A DNA stretch of 61,790 bases from contig NZ_JAOVZF010000146.1 in NCBI RefSeq assembly GCF_026337845.1, positions 185,015 to 246,804 on the forward strand, given 5' to 3'. This DNA is from Paraliomyxa miuraensis (lineage in GTDB: Bacteria > Myxococcota_A > Polyangia > Nannocystales > Nannocystaceae). The notes under the pieces were generated by a model that worked only from the letters and a program-made list of their open reading frames with translations, ran no database searches and was not told the origin of the DNA. A program made the translations under genes and the position numbers. Numbering within the stretch: the stretch's first letter is position 1; each line of letters starts with the position of its first letter. This document shows positions 52,463 to 61,790 of this stretch, one piece after another.

Positions 52463-53976
52463 GCCGGACGAGGGCATGGCTTCTTGGGGCGACGGCCGGG
52501 CTGGCCTGCACGGTCGGCCGCGGGCCGCAGCCGCAGGAGCCGCGGCCGGTGCCTCCGTCTGCGGTGGCCGGCGACTCTCGATCCGAGCCGCCGCCCTCGT
52601 TGCCGCCCGAGCCTCGCGAGCCCCCGCGGCTGCTCACCGATCCGGGATCGGGCGTGTTCGTGGCGTGGTCGGGAGCGGCGGCCGCCTCGGCGGTGGCGGG
52701 CTCCGAGCTGGTGGTCGTCGAGACCGACCTCCGCCACCTCTCGGCCTACGACTGGCGCGACGGTGAGCCACGCTGGCGCATCGAGCTGCCGGTGAGCCCG
52801 GCGGTGCGGATCCGCGGCCTGGACGATCGCGTGCTCCTGCACGACGGCGATCGCGTGGTCGTGGTCGAGGCCGCGCGCGGGCGGGTGCTCGGTCGCCACC
52901 CGGCTCCCGTCTCCAGTGCCTGGCCCCAGGGACACGAGACGCAGCTGCGGCAGGGCGCGTGCGCGTGGGTGGGCCAGTGCGGGATCCAGGCGTTCGACTG
53001 CGCCGATGGAGCACCCCGCGGGCCCTACCTGGCCTCGGAGCAGCTCCACCTCTACGGCATGTCGGACGACCCCAGCGAGCACAGCACCTCGTGCACCCCC
53101 GAGCCCTGGTTGCTCGGAGCGTTCGGTGAGGCCACGGTCGTGGTGGCCAGCGCGCCCGCGGGCGGGGCCTCGGCGAGCGGATCCGCGGGTGGTCCGGCGC
53201 TGCTGGGGCTCGACCGCGAGCGCGGCGAGGTGGTGTGGCAGCAGGCCCTCGCCGAGGGCGAGGCCAGCGTGGGCGCGACGCCCGACGGCGCGTGCTGGCT
53301 CGTCGATCGCGAGTCCGACGATGCCCGGCTGCGGGTGCTCGACTGCGCCAGCGGGCAGCCGCGCTGGGAGCGAGCGCTGGGGGCGGGCACGCTGGAGATC
53401 CACGGCATCGACGGGAGCGTGGTGGTCGGCAAGGAGCAGGGCGGGCGCTGGCGCGTGAGCGCTCATGCGACCGCCGATGGTCGCCCGCAGTGGAGCGCCC
53501 GCCTCGCTCGACGTCAGCGTCCGCTGTTTCCCGAGGGTCCGATCCCGGGCGCCCAGACGCCGGGCACGAGGCGATCCTATGGGCTCGTGGATCCGTCCGA
53601 GGGACGCGTGGTGGGCGAGCTGGTGGCGGGTCGCGAGGAGAGCCTGTGGCGCGATCCCATGGGGGGGTTCGTGCTGATCGGTCGCGACCTCCGCGAGCTC
53701 GATCGCGAGGGACGCCTCGTGCGGCAGCGGCCGTTCACGGCGGCACGGGTCTACGCGGTGACCGCCGCGCACGTGCTCGTGCACGAGGGGGAGGCGATCG
53801 AGATCTTCGATCGCGATCAGCTGCGCGAGCGCGCTCGGCTCGAAGGGCGGCTGTCGATCGACGCGACGGCCAAGCTGCCCGACGATCGCCTGCTGCTGCA
53901 GCGCCACGGCGAGGACGGGGTCGCGCTGCTGCTCGGGCTCGATCCACCCGCCCGCGGCGCCGGGCGCCGCGAGTGA
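52459..53976 (+). CDS. PQQ-like beta-propeller lipoprotein (BamB-like fold)
   Basis: ATG 52459 overlaps the upstream stop (ATGA). Lipobox 'LLGATAGLAC'. Repeated 'G(E/Q)PRW...' and 'DGRPQWSARL' blade motifs. Confidence 0.65.
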   Translation: MSRTRAWLLGATAGLACTVGRGPQPQEPRPVPPSAVAGDSRSEPPPSLPPEPREPPRLLTDPGSGVFVAWSGAAAASAVAGSELVVVETDLRHLSAYDWRDGEPRWRIELPVSPAVRIRGLDDRVLLHDGDRVVVVEAARGRVLGRHPAPVSSAWPQGHETQLRQGACAWVGQCGIQAFDCADGAPRGPYLASEQLHLYGMSDDPSEHSTSCTPEPWLLGAFGEATVVVASAPAGGASASGSAGGPALLGLDRERGEVVWQQALAEGEASVGATPDGACWLVDRESDDARLRVLDCASGQPRWERALGAGTLEIHGIDGSVVVGKEQGGRWRVSAHATADGRPQWSARLARRQRPLFPEGPIPGAQTPGTRRSYGLVDPSEGRVVGELVAGREESLWRDPMGGFVLIGRDLRELDREGRLVRQRPFTAARVYAVTAAHVLVHEGEAIEIFDRDQLRERARLEGRLSIDATAKLPDDRLLLQRHGEDGVALLLGLDPPARGAGRRE

Positions 53977-54004
53977 TCGGCGTACGGGCGGCCCCGCCCC
54001 GCCG

Positions 54005-55390
54005 TCACGGACACTCGCTCTGGCCGATCCCGTCGGCGAAGAACGGCACCATGTACGTGTTCAGCACGGACCCGCCCATGTCGAATTCGATCACCGTGTT
54101 GCTCTGGGTGCCGGTGCCACCCTCCGAGTTGGTCACCAGCCCGAAGAAGTGGCCCGAGGCCTGGTGATAGGCGAAGTCGACCACGTTGGTGTTGACGCCC
54201 ATGCCCATCGGGTTGGCGATCATCTGCTGGAAGGCGAACGCGGCGTCGTAGCGCACGAAGTAGGAGTTGGCCCCGTTCCAGAAGCTCGCCCAGAACTGCA
54301 CGCCATCGGTGGCCATGCCCTGCCCGATGCCGTTGCCCGTGGCCAGCGAGCCCTGCTCCACGCCGGCCTGGGAGTACCAGTGCAGCGTGGCGTCGTTGCG
54401 GCTCATCACCACGATGTCGCCGTTGTACACGGTGATGTGCTTGGGATAGGCGTAGGGAGTGGGGTACTGCGAGTCGAGGCCCATGCCCGCGCCGGGGGTG
54501 AACGAGCCGAAGTAGTCGGCGGAGTGCCAGGGGATCCACGCCGAAGGCGAGCCCTCGGCGAGGTTGCAGTCCACGTCGTTGGCATCGGTCGAGTGGTAGA
54601 GCGACGTCATCCCCGTGATGGGATCCCACTGCCAGATGTTCGGAGAGTTGCGCTCCGTCAGCAGGAACATGCCCATCGACGGCGGCACGCAGCCGCCGTT
54701 GATGCACTCCTCGTCCACCGCGCAGGTGGTCATGCAGTTGCCACAGGTGGCCGGGTTGGTCAGGTCGGTCTCGCAGCCGTCGGCGAGCAGATCGTCGTTG
54801 CAGTCGCCGGTGCCCTCGAGGCAGGTCGCCGTGCACGCCGAGCAATCGAATCCCGGGCCGTCTTGCTCGCACTGCTCGCCCGCGGTGGGGTTGATGGTCC
54901 CGTCGCCGCAGGCGGCCGGCGTGCAGTCGGCATCGCAGGTGGCGCTCTCGCCCTCGTCGTCGCAACCCTCTTCGCCCGCCCACAGCAGGCCGTCGCCGCA
55001 GATCGCCTGGAGGCAGGCGCTGGTGCAGGCGTGCGTGTTGCCGTTGTCGGGGCCGTCGTCGCACTCCTCGTCGCCCTCGACCACGCCGTTGCCACACACC
55101 GCATCGGCGCCGCTCGAGGAATCGAGGCCGGGATCGGTGGTGGTCGACGTGCCCTCGCCTTCGCCCTCGGTCTCCGTCGTGGGATTGCCGCTCGTCGTCG
55201 GATCGATGGGTCCGGTGGTGCTCGGATCGAAGGTCGGGTCGGTGGTGGTGACGGTCTCGCTCTGGTCGGGATTGAAGCAGCCGACCAGCGTGGGTAGCAG
55301 CGCGAGGCCCAGGCCCACGCGAGGGCGGGGCGCGGGCGTGGTCCTTGGCTCCGAGGTGGAGCTCGGGGTGACGATGGTGGAGCGTGGCAT
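54005..55390 (-). CDS. Lipoprotein with myxobacterial Cys-rich repeats (CGDG...CDDGxxN; DUF4215/TIGR02232-like) and a C-terminal globular domain
   Basis: ATG 55390. Lipobox 'LALLPTLVGC', T/P-rich linker, then about 4 'CGNGVVEGDEECDDGPDNGN / CGDGLLWAGEEGCDDEG / CGDGTINPTAGEQCEQDG' units. Confidence 0.7.
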   Translation of the reverse strand: MPRSTIVTPSSTSEPRTTPAPRPRVGLGLALLPTLVGCFNPDQSETVTTTDPTFDPSTTGPIDPTTSGNPTTETEGEGEGTSTTTDPGLDSSSGADAVCGNGVVEGDEECDDGPDNGNTHACTSACLQAICGDGLLWAGEEGCDDEGESATCDADCTPAACGDGTINPTAGEQCEQDGPGFDCSACTATCLEGTGDCNDDLLADGCETDLTNPATCGNCMTTCAVDEECINGGCVPPSMGMFLLTERNSPNIWQWDPITGMTSLYHSTDANDVDCNLAEGSPSAWIPWHSADYFGSFTPGAGMGLDSQYPTPYAYPKHITVYNGDIVVMSRNDATLHWYSQAGVEQGSLATGNGIGQGMATDGVQFWASFWNGANSYFVRYDAAFAFQQMIANPMGMGVNTNVVDFAYHQASGHFFGLVTNSEGGTGTQSNTVIEFDMGGSVLNTYMVPFFADGIGQSECP

Positions 55391-55510
55391 GGTGGACTCG
55401 AGGGGAGCCCGAAGAGTACAGGGTCTCGCGCTTCGACGGGCCGCTCGTCGACGGGCGCGTGGTCGCACCTCGAGTGTGGCGGTCAGGCTCGTCGAGGGAT
55501 ACCTTCCCGC

Positions 55511-56542
55511 GTGGCCATGGCCCAGATCGTCGTCGAGGACCTGCGCAAGCGCTTCGTCGTGGCCGAGCGGCGCGCGGGCATGCTCGGAGCGCTCGCTGGG
55601 GTCGTGCGTCGTCGACATCGCGTGGTCGAGGCGCTCGCCGGCGTGGGCTTTCGGGTCGACGAGGGCGAGCTGGTCGGCTACATCGGGCCCAACGGCGCGG
55701 GCAAGTCCACCACCGTCAAGGTGCTCGCGGGGATCCTCGTGCCCGACGGCGGTCGCTGCGAGGTGCAGGGGCGCGTGCCCTGGCTCGAGCGCGTCGAGCA
55801 CGTGGCCCGCATCGGCGTGGTGTTCGGGCAGCGCACCCAGCTGTGGTGGGATCTGCCGGTGGTGGAGTCCTTCGAGCTGCTGCGCGAGATCTACCGCGTC
55901 GATCGCCAGCAGTACCGGGTGCGCCTCGATGCCTTGGTGAACGCGCTCGACGTGGGGGCCGTGCTCGACGTTCCGGTGCGTCAGCTCAGCCTGGGCCAGC
56001 GCATGCGCTGCGACGTGGTCGCGGCGCTGCTGCACGCCCCGCAGCTCTTGTTCCTCGACGAGCCCACCATCGGCCTCGATGCTCCCGCCAAGCTCGCCGT
56101 GCGCGAGTTCGTGCGCCGGCTCAATCGCGAGCGCGGCACCACGGTGATCCTCACCACCCACGACATGGACGACATCGAGGCGCTGTGCTCGAGGGTGGTG
56201 GTGATCGACCACGGACGGATCTCCTGCGACGGCAGCCTCGATCACCTGCGCGAGCGCGCCGGGGTGGGCCGTCGCATCATCGTGGACCTCGAGCGCGACG
56301 AGCCGCTCGCACCCACCGACGCGCGCGTGGTCTCGCGCGAGGGCACGCGGGTGGTGCTCGCCTTCGATCCCGTGCGTACGCCCGCGGCGGCGCTCGTGGC
56401 CCGCATCACCCGGGAGCATGCGGTGCGCGACTTGTTCGTGGAGAATCCGCCCATCGAGGAGATCGTGGCGCGGCTCTACGGCGAGGCCGATGCGCGCGGC
56501 GAGGCCGAGCCCCGCCCCGAGCCACGCGAGGACCCGTCATGA
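55511..56542 (+). CDS. ABC transporter ATP-binding protein
   Basis: Walker A 'GPNGAGKST', signature 'LSLGQRMRCDVVAALL', Walker B 'LLFLDEPTIGLD', H-loop 'TTHDM'. The start may be ATG 55517. Confidence 0.9.
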   Translation: MAMAQIVVEDLRKRFVVAERRAGMLGALAGVVRRRHRVVEALAGVGFRVDEGELVGYIGPNGAGKSTTVKVLAGILVPDGGRCEVQGRVPWLERVEHVARIGVVFGQRTQLWWDLPVVESFELLREIYRVDRQQYRVRLDALVNALDVGAVLDVPVRQLSLGQRMRCDVVAALLHAPQLLFLDEPTIGLDAPAKLAVREFVRRLNRERGTTVILTTHDMDDIEALCSRVVVIDHGRISCDGSLDHLRERAGVGRRIIVDLERDEPLAPTDARVVSREGTRVVLAFDPVRTPAAALVARITREHAVRDLFVENPPIEEIVARLYGEADARGEAEPRPEPREDPS

Positions 56543-57330
56543 GGGCCTACGTGGCGATCTTCGAGGCCCGCTTCCGGGCGCTCTTGCAGTATCGCGCCGC
56601 GGCCCTGGCGGGCCTGGCCACGCAGGTGTTCTGGGGCCTGGTGCGGGTGATGATCTTCACCGCCTTCTATGCATCGAGCACCGGTGCGCAGCCCATGACC
56701 CTGCCCGAGGTGATCACCTACGTGTGGCTCACCCAGGCGCTGCTGATGATGCTGCCGTGGCGGCCCGACCCCGACGTGGAGCAGCTCATCCGCAGCGGCA
56801 ACGTGGCCTACGAGCTGGTGCGCCCCGTCGATCTCCATGGCCTGTGGCTGGCCCGTGCGGTGGCCCAGCGCACCGCGCCCGTGCTCTTGCGGTGCCTGCC
56901 GATGGTCGTCCTGGCCTACAGCGTGTTCGGCATGGCGGGGCCCGCGGGTCCCCTGCCCGCGCTCGCGTTCGCGGTGTCGCTGTGTGCCACCGTGGCGCTG
57001 TCGGCCGCCCTCACCGCGCTCTTGTCGGTGTCCACGTTCTTCACCCTCACCGGTCGCGGACTCCACAGCCTCGTGATCGGCGTGCTCAACCTGATGTCGG
57101 GGGCGATCATCCCGCTGCCGCTGCTGCCCGAGTGGATCCAGCCGCTCGTTCGGGTGCTGCCGTTTCGCGGGCTCCTCGACACCCCCTTTCGTCTCTACAT
57201 GGGGCACCTGCCGCCCGAGGCCGCGCTGCAGGCCGTGGGGCACCAGCTGCTGTGGACCGTGCTGCTGGTGCTCGCGGGTCGCTGGCTGCTCGCGCGTGCG
57301 CTGCGGCGCGTGGTGGTGCAAGGGGGATGA
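56539..57330 (+). CDS. ABC-2 family transporter permease (6 TM)
   Basis: ATGA overlap with the ATPase stop. Hydrophobic 263-aa protein. Confidence 0.75.
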   Translation: MRAYVAIFEARFRALLQYRAAALAGLATQVFWGLVRVMIFTAFYASSTGAQPMTLPEVITYVWLTQALLMMLPWRPDPDVEQLIRSGNVAYELVRPVDLHGLWLARAVAQRTAPVLLRCLPMVVLAYSVFGMAGPAGPLPALAFAVSLCATVALSAALTALLSVSTFFTLTGRGLHSLVIGVLNLMSGAIIPLPLLPEWIQPLVRVLPFRGLLDTPFRLYMGHLPPEAALQAVGHQLLWTVLLVLAGRWLLARALRRVVVQGG

Positions 57331-58136
57331 GCGCCATGCTCGAGTCGCTGCGGGTCTATGGATGCTACGTGGCCGTCGCCTTGCGCGGGCAGCTGCAGTA
57401 CCGCGGCTCGGTGGTGATGGGGGCGCTCGGCAACCTCATGGTCACCGGCGTGGAGCTGTTTGGCCTGTGGGCCCTGTTCGATCGCTTCGGCCAGATCCAG
57501 GGCTGGACCCTGGCCGAGGTCGCGCTGCTCTACGGCATGGCCAACGTCTCGCTCGCGCTGGCCGAGATCGTGGGACGCGGGTTTCGGGTGTTCGATCAGC
57601 TCGTCAAGAGCGGAGACTTCGACCGCCTGCTGCTGCGGCCGCGCGGTACCGCCTTTCAGGTCGCGGCCCAGCACTTCGAGCTCGCCCGCGTTGGCCGGCT
57701 GATCCAGGGTCTTGCCGTGCTGGTCTACGCCTTGGTTGCGCAGGGGCTCTTGCGGCCCGGGGCCGAGCTGGTCCTCGTGGTCGGTTCGATCGTGGGTGGC
57801 GCGTGCACCTTCATGGGCGTGTTCGTGCTGCAGGCCACCGTTGCGTTCTTCACCATCGAGAGCCTCGAGCTGTTTGCGATCATCACGTATGGCGGTGTGG
57901 AGACGGCACAGTATCCGCTGTCGATCTACGGTGATGGATTGCGGCGGTTCTTCACGTGGGTGGTTCCGCTGGCCTTTGCCAACTTCGTACCCGGTGTGGT
58001 GGTGCTGGGGCGACCCGAACGCTTTGGGCCCGAGTGGTTGGCGTGGGCCTCGCCGCTGGTGGGGGTGGGGTTCTTTTGGGTGTGCCTTCGGGTGTGGCGG
58101 GTGGGGGAACGGTACTATCGGTCTACGGGGAGCTGA
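57327..58136 (+). CDS. ABC-2 family transporter permease, second subunit
   Basis: ATGA overlap with the preceding permease. 269-aa hydrophobic protein. Confidence 0.75.
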   Translation: MSAMLESLRVYGCYVAVALRGQLQYRGSVVMGALGNLMVTGVELFGLWALFDRFGQIQGWTLAEVALLYGMANVSLALAEIVGRGFRVFDQLVKSGDFDRLLLRPRGTAFQVAAQHFELARVGRLIQGLAVLVYALVAQGLLRPGAELVLVVGSIVGGACTFMGVFVLQATVAFFTIESLELFAIITYGGVETAQYPLSIYGDGLRRFFTWVVPLAFANFVPGVVVLGRPERFGPEWLAWASPLVGVGFFWVCLRVWRVGERYYRSTGS

Positions 58137-58349
58137 GGGGGTGTTTTGGGAGGTCCGTAGCTCTGCGCTACTTGCGCCAAATCGGCAAACGTTTGCCGAT
58201 TTGGGCAGCTGGGAAGCCCCAGCGACTGGGGATGACCATCGGTCGAGCCGCCCTCCGCGGAGAGGAAGCCTTCGCCGTCGGCGGTGAGGAACACGGGATC
58301 CTCGTCGATGGCATGGATCATGGTGGTGAAGCCCTCGAAGTCCAGCTCA

Positions 58350-60812
58350 TCAAAGGTATGACACCGACCCGGCCGAGCTCGGGGTTTCGTTGTCGCCGAT
58401 GTACATCGTGTAGCCGTAGCCGAGCGCGCCAGCGCCGTTGTTGCCCCAGCAGCGGATCGTCGCGCCACTCCGCGCACAGCTGTGAGAGGCGAAGCCGCCG
58501 ATGCTCAGATCGTCCGCGTCGATGCCGAGATCGATGAAGCCGTAGCTCGACGGCAGCTCGTCGTCGCCGAGGTGCGCCGTCGAGGCTTGGCCGTTGCGAC
58601 CCTCGCTACCAAAGCCCCAACATTTCACTTCGGTCTCGACGCGCACGCAGGTGCTCTCGTAGCCTGCTGACAGCTGATCGACATCGCCTCCGACGCTGAC
58701 GGTGCCGAGGGAGCTCGGGAGCTCGTCGTCGCCGATGTCGAGGGTGTTGCCATAGCCGAGTTGCCCGGAGGGGTTGGCACCCCAGCAGCGAATGGTGTCG
58801 TCTTCGTGGCGCACACACACGTGACGGAAGCCCGCGGAGATATCGACGACCGGCGTGTTGCCGAGGCTGATCGCAGGGACGCTGCTCGGGAGCTCGGTGT
58901 CGCCGATATGCACGGTGTGGCCGAGGCCGAGCTGGCCGTAGTCGTTGCGTCCCCAACAACGGACCGCGCCGGAGTCGAGCAGCGCGCAGGTGAAGTAGCC
59001 GCCGGCGCTGAGCTTGGCCACCGTGCCGCCGAGGCTGACGGTGCCGGCGATCGCCGGTGTTTCGTCGTCTCCGATGTTGTTGGAGTGGCCGTAGCCGAGC
59101 TGGCCGTAGCCGTTGTAGCCCCAGCAGCGCACGGTCCCTTGATCGGTCAATGCACAAGTGTGGAAGTAACCACCCGTGACCGCGACAGCGTCGTCGCCGA
59201 GGTCGACCGAACCGACACTGGATGGGAGTTCGTTGTCGCCAATGTTCTCGACGTTGCCGTAGCCGAGCCGACCGAGGTTGCCGTGCCCCCAGCACTTCAA
59301 CGAGGCGTCATCCAGGAGCACGCAGGTGTGCCAGGTGCCGGCCGTGATGTCGACCGCGGTGCCGCCGATGTCGACGGTGCCGACGCTGGAGGGGAGCTCG
59401 TCGTCGCCAATGTGGTCGGTGTTGCCGTAGCCGAGCCGACCGGAGCTGCCGTTCCCCCAGCACTTGACCTGTCCGCTCCACAACAGCACGCAGATGTGCT
59501 GGCCACCAGCCGCGATCTTCATGGCACCGACCGAGGTCGTACAGTCGTTCTCGCAGCCGTCGCCACCGTTCATGTTGCCGTCGTCGCAGTTCTCGTTGTT
59601 GGTCCATACGAAGCCGTCGCCGCAGCTGGCGGCCACGCAGGTGGTCAGGCAGGCGTCGGTGTTCTGGAGATCACCGTCGTCACAATCCTCGCCGCCCTGG
59701 ACGATTCCGTCGCCACAGACGGCCAGCGTACAGGCGTTGGTGCAGGCATCGTCGTCGACGAGGTTGGCGTCGTCGCATTCTTCCACGCCGACCCACACGA
59801 ACCCGTCGCCGCAGGCGGCCGGGTCGCACGTGGTGGGACAGGCGTCGGAATCGACGAAGTTGCCGTCGTCGCAGGTCTCCACACCCGCATGGATTGCACC
59901 GTCGCCGCAGCTGGCGAACTGGCAGGTGTTGATGCAGGCGTCGGTGTCGTCGAGGTTGGCGTCGTCGCACTGCTCCACGCCGGCCCAGGCGATGCCGTCG
60001 CCGCACATCGCGGGCATGCACGAGTTGGTGCAGTCATCGGTGTCGTCGAGGTTGGCGTCATCGCACTGCTCCACGCCGGCGTGGAGGTGGCCGTCGCCAC
60101 AGATCGCGAGCGCGCAGGTGCTGGTGCAGTCATCGGTGTCGTCGAGGTTGGCGTCGTCGCACTGCTCTCCGGCCTGGACGATCCCATCCCCGCAGTCGGG
60201 GAGGACGCAGCCGTTGGTGCAGTCGTCGTCGTCGATGAGGTTGCCGTCATCACACTGCTCGACGCCGGCCCACACGACTCCATCGCCACAGCTGGCGGCG
60301 ACGCAGGTGGTCAGGCAGTCATCGGTGTCGTCGAGGTTGGCGTCGTCGCAGGTCTCCATGCCGGCCCACGTGAAGCCGTCGCCGCAGCTGGCGGAGACGC
60401 AGGTGCTCGGGCAGTCATCGGTGTCGTCGAGGTTGGCGTCGTCGCACTGCTCGCCGCGGTCGACCACACCATCGCCGCAATGACCCCCGGTGTCGGTGCC
60501 CGTCTCGTCGACGCCCTCGGTGGTGTCGGCCCCCTCGGTGGTGTCAGCCCCCTCGGTGGTGTCAGCCCCCTCACAAACGCAGGGATCGTAGGCCGAGCCA
60601 TCGGGCAAGCAGACCTGGACGCCCAGGTCGGCTCCCGTGCAGGCGCAGGAGATCGACTGCCCGGGTACGCAGGCCGCGTCGCTGTCCGTCTCGCTTCCAT
60701 CGGAGGTGCTGGTGTCGGTATCGGTCGACATCGTGGCCACGGGGTCGGCGTCGGGACATCCGGCGAGGAACGTGGACAGCGCGATGAAGAAGGATGGGCG
60801 AAACTGGGCCAT
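58350..60812 (-). CDS. Large lipoprotein: about 10 myxobacterial Cys-rich repeats (CGDG...[12 protein letters not shown]) followed by an RCC1 (seven-bladed propeller) repeat domain
   Basis: ATG 60812 '[19 protein letters not shown]' lipobox. Repeated 27-28-aa Cys units. The C-terminal half has reiterated 'CWG.N..GQLGYG...IGD.E.P' RCC1 motifs. Confidence 0.8.
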   Translation of the reverse strand: MAQFRPSFFIALSTFLAGCPDADPVATMSTDTDTSTSDGSETDSDAACVPGQSISCACTGADLGVQVCLPDGSAYDPCVCEGADTTEGADTTEGADTTEGVDETGTDTGGHCGDGVVDRGEQCDDANLDDTDDCPSTCVSASCGDGFTWAGMETCDDANLDDTDDCLTTCVAASCGDGVVWAGVEQCDDGNLIDDDDCTNGCVLPDCGDGIVQAGEQCDDANLDDTDDCTSTCALAICGDGHLHAGVEQCDDANLDDTDDCTNSCMPAMCGDGIAWAGVEQCDDANLDDTDACINTCQFASCGDGAIHAGVETCDDGNFVDSDACPTTCDPAACGDGFVWVGVEECDDANLVDDDACTNACTLAVCGDGIVQGGEDCDDGDLQNTDACLTTCVAASCGDGFVWTNNENCDDGNMNGGDGCENDCTTSVGAMKIAAGGQHICVLLWSGQVKCWGNGSSGRLGYGNTDHIGDDELPSSVGTVDIGGTAVDITAGTWHTCVLLDDASLKCWGHGNLGRLGYGNVENIGDNELPSSVGSVDLGDDAVAVTGGYFHTCALTDQGTVRCWGYNGYGQLGYGHSNNIGDDETPAIAGTVSLGGTVAKLSAGGYFTCALLDSGAVRCWGRNDYGQLGLGHTVHIGDTELPSSVPAISLGNTPVVDISAGFRHVCVRHEDDTIRCWGANPSGQLGYGNTLDIGDDELPSSLGTVSVGGDVDQLSAGYESTCVRVETEVKCWGFGSEGRNGQASTAHLGDDELPSSYGFIDLGIDADDLSIGGFASHSCARSGATIRCWGNNGAGALGYGYTMYIGDNETPSSAGSVSYL
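59650..60480 (-). repeat. Intragenic tandem DNA repeats (period about 81-84 bp) encoding the Cys-rich units
   Basis: Near-identical blocks such as 'cagtcatcggtgtcgtcgaggttggcgtcgtcgcactgctc' recur at about 59941, 60041, 60121, 60311 and 60411. This is a likely substrate for repeat expansion or contraction. Confidence 0.5.
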
Positions 60813-61047
60813 GGGTGGGTCCTGCAAGCGGCAAATGGAGGCTCGAAGGGCTTGCTCGACGAGTAGTTCGTTTCGGGTGCGCCGAGTGATCCCGAATTTC
60901 TTCCGTGGGCGGCATCACGTTTCGCGGCGACGGTGTGCGGTCGGCGAGGCCCAGGTTCTCGTGAGACACGCGGCACTCCGGGTCGCGCCGTCTCGAATGC
61001 TCGACCCGTCCGAGGGGTCCCGCGCACATTCCGACGAGGGTCGGTGA

Positions 61048-61390
61048 TCTTCGAGCCCAGCCCGCGAAGCCGGTGAGCGTGCTCTCCAGCACGCGGGGCG
61101 AGGACGCGAGCTCGGAGAGCTCCTGCTCGAGCTGCTTGCGGACCGTGACTTCAAGCCGGAGAACGTGATCGTGGGCGACGACGGGCGCACGCGCGTGCTC
61201 GACTTCGGCCTCGCGCGGGCGCCCGGCTCCGGCTCTGGCTCGTGGCGAGACGGGGACGAACCCCAGACGAGCGATGGACGGGCCACCAGCGGAGAGGGCC
61301 ACGAGCTGTTGACGACGGAGGGCGCGCTGCTCGGCACGCCCGCTTACATGGCCCCGGAGCAGCTGCGCGGCGAGCCCTGTGACGCTCGCA
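61048..61390 (+). pseudogene. Remnant of a Ser/Thr kinase gene (subdomains VIb-VIII only), disrupted upstream and downstream
   Basis: This frame reads '...[26 protein letters not shown]...[23 protein letters not shown]'. It lacks the N-lobe (Gly loop, VAIK). The catalytic-loop His is missing (ADRDFKP instead of HRDFKP). An in-frame stop lies at 61045 and the frame ends shortly after subdomain VIII. Confidence 0.4.
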
Positions 61391-61639
61391 GCGATCGGCG
61401 AGTTCTGGAACCAGACGCGGGTGATTGCGAACCGCTCGGGTACGCTCGAGATCGAGAACGAGAGTGGTGACGATGTGACGCTGGTGTTCGTCAACGGCGC
61501 TGGTTCGAAGCTCGAGATCCCCGTCGCCTCCAAGGGCCTCATCAGCATCGGAATCGGATCGGACTACACCCTGTCGGGAGGTAGCCTGACCATCGATGGC
61601 TCGAGCGCAGACCGCATAGACCTCGACATCACACCGTGA
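61379..61639 (+). CDS. Short ORF or C-terminal fragment of unknown origin overlapping the kinase remnant in another frame
   Basis: '...[67 protein letters not shown]' has ordinary (non-GC-artifact) composition and high GC3. It is followed by a palindromic GC hairpin. Confidence 0.3.
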   Translation: MTLAAIGEFWNQTRVIANRSGTLEIENESGDDVTLVFVNGAGSKLEIPVASKGLISIGIGSDYTLSGGSLTIDGSSADRIDLDITP

Positions 61640-61644
61640 CGATC

Positions 61645-61680
61645 TCCCGGGCGCCCGGGAGAGGGCGCCCGGGAGAGCGC
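61645..61680. terminator. GC-rich palindromic hairpins (CCCGGGCGCCCGGG plus a direct repeat of GGGCGCCCGGGAGAG) between convergent ORFs
   Basis: 14-bp perfect palindrome at 61646-61659. The unit GGGCGCCCGGGAGAG is repeated twice in tandem. Confidence 0.3.
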
Positions 61681-61720
61681 CCGAGACCGATGCTCGGGCG
61701 CCCTCGCGTGCTCGGCCAGC

Positions 61721-61790
61721 CTAGTACGCCGAGATCGTGATGTCGTCCACGTTGATCCAGTCGGAGTCGTTCGAGGCATCGCAGCGGAAC
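61721..61790 (-). CDS. 3' end of a minus-strand gene running off the window (...FRCDASNDSDWINVDDITISAY*)
   Basis: Stop TAG at 61721-61723 (minus). Protein-like composition. Too short to characterise. Confidence 0.3.
   Translation of the reverse strand, partial: FRCDASNDSDWINVDDITISAY

Noticed and set aside
60571-61548. 325-aa minus-strand ORF
   Set aside because: It is antisense to the lipoprotein start region and the kinase remnant, and its composition is artifactual.

Overview
This 61.8 kb window is very GC-rich (~70%) and is almost certainly from a Myxococcota chromosome. The evidence is a MYXO-CTERM-like C-terminal sorting tail on one protein (GC...hydrophobic...RRPKNR), three eukaryotic-like Ser/Thr kinases, several ECF sigma factors, and two lipoproteins made of the myxobacterial 'CGDG...CDDGN' cysteine-rich repeat. 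I call about 45 CDS. High GC inflates ORFs in every frame, so I accepted an ORF only where protein-family resemblance, a signal peptide or codon composition supported it. Recognisable housekeeping genes are class II B12-dependent ribonucleotide reductase (nrdJ), the ftsE-ftsX-envC-like division module, nhaA, the glutathione-dependent formaldehyde dehydrogenase frmA, monothiol glutaredoxin, adenosine deaminase, DsbA, MscS, an MMPL/RND exporter and an ABC-2 transporter. Two short patches of visibly lower GC (~60%) look horizontally acquired. One is a DUF4365 + 374-aa two-gene cassette at 18.7-20.4 kb, which I rate the best candidate for an undescribed defence or toxin module. The other is an AbiEi/AbiEii pair at 30.9-32.5 kb flanked by repeated GATACGAA motifs. 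The 740-bp intergenic region at 47.1-47.9 kb holds a 15-bp tandem repeat array, a 21-bp perfect inverted repeat and a strongly C-rich, strand-asymmetric tract, none of which the gene calls explain. At the 3' edge there is a Ser/Thr kinase remnant joined to a foreign reading frame. I found no rRNA, tRNA or CRISPR array.
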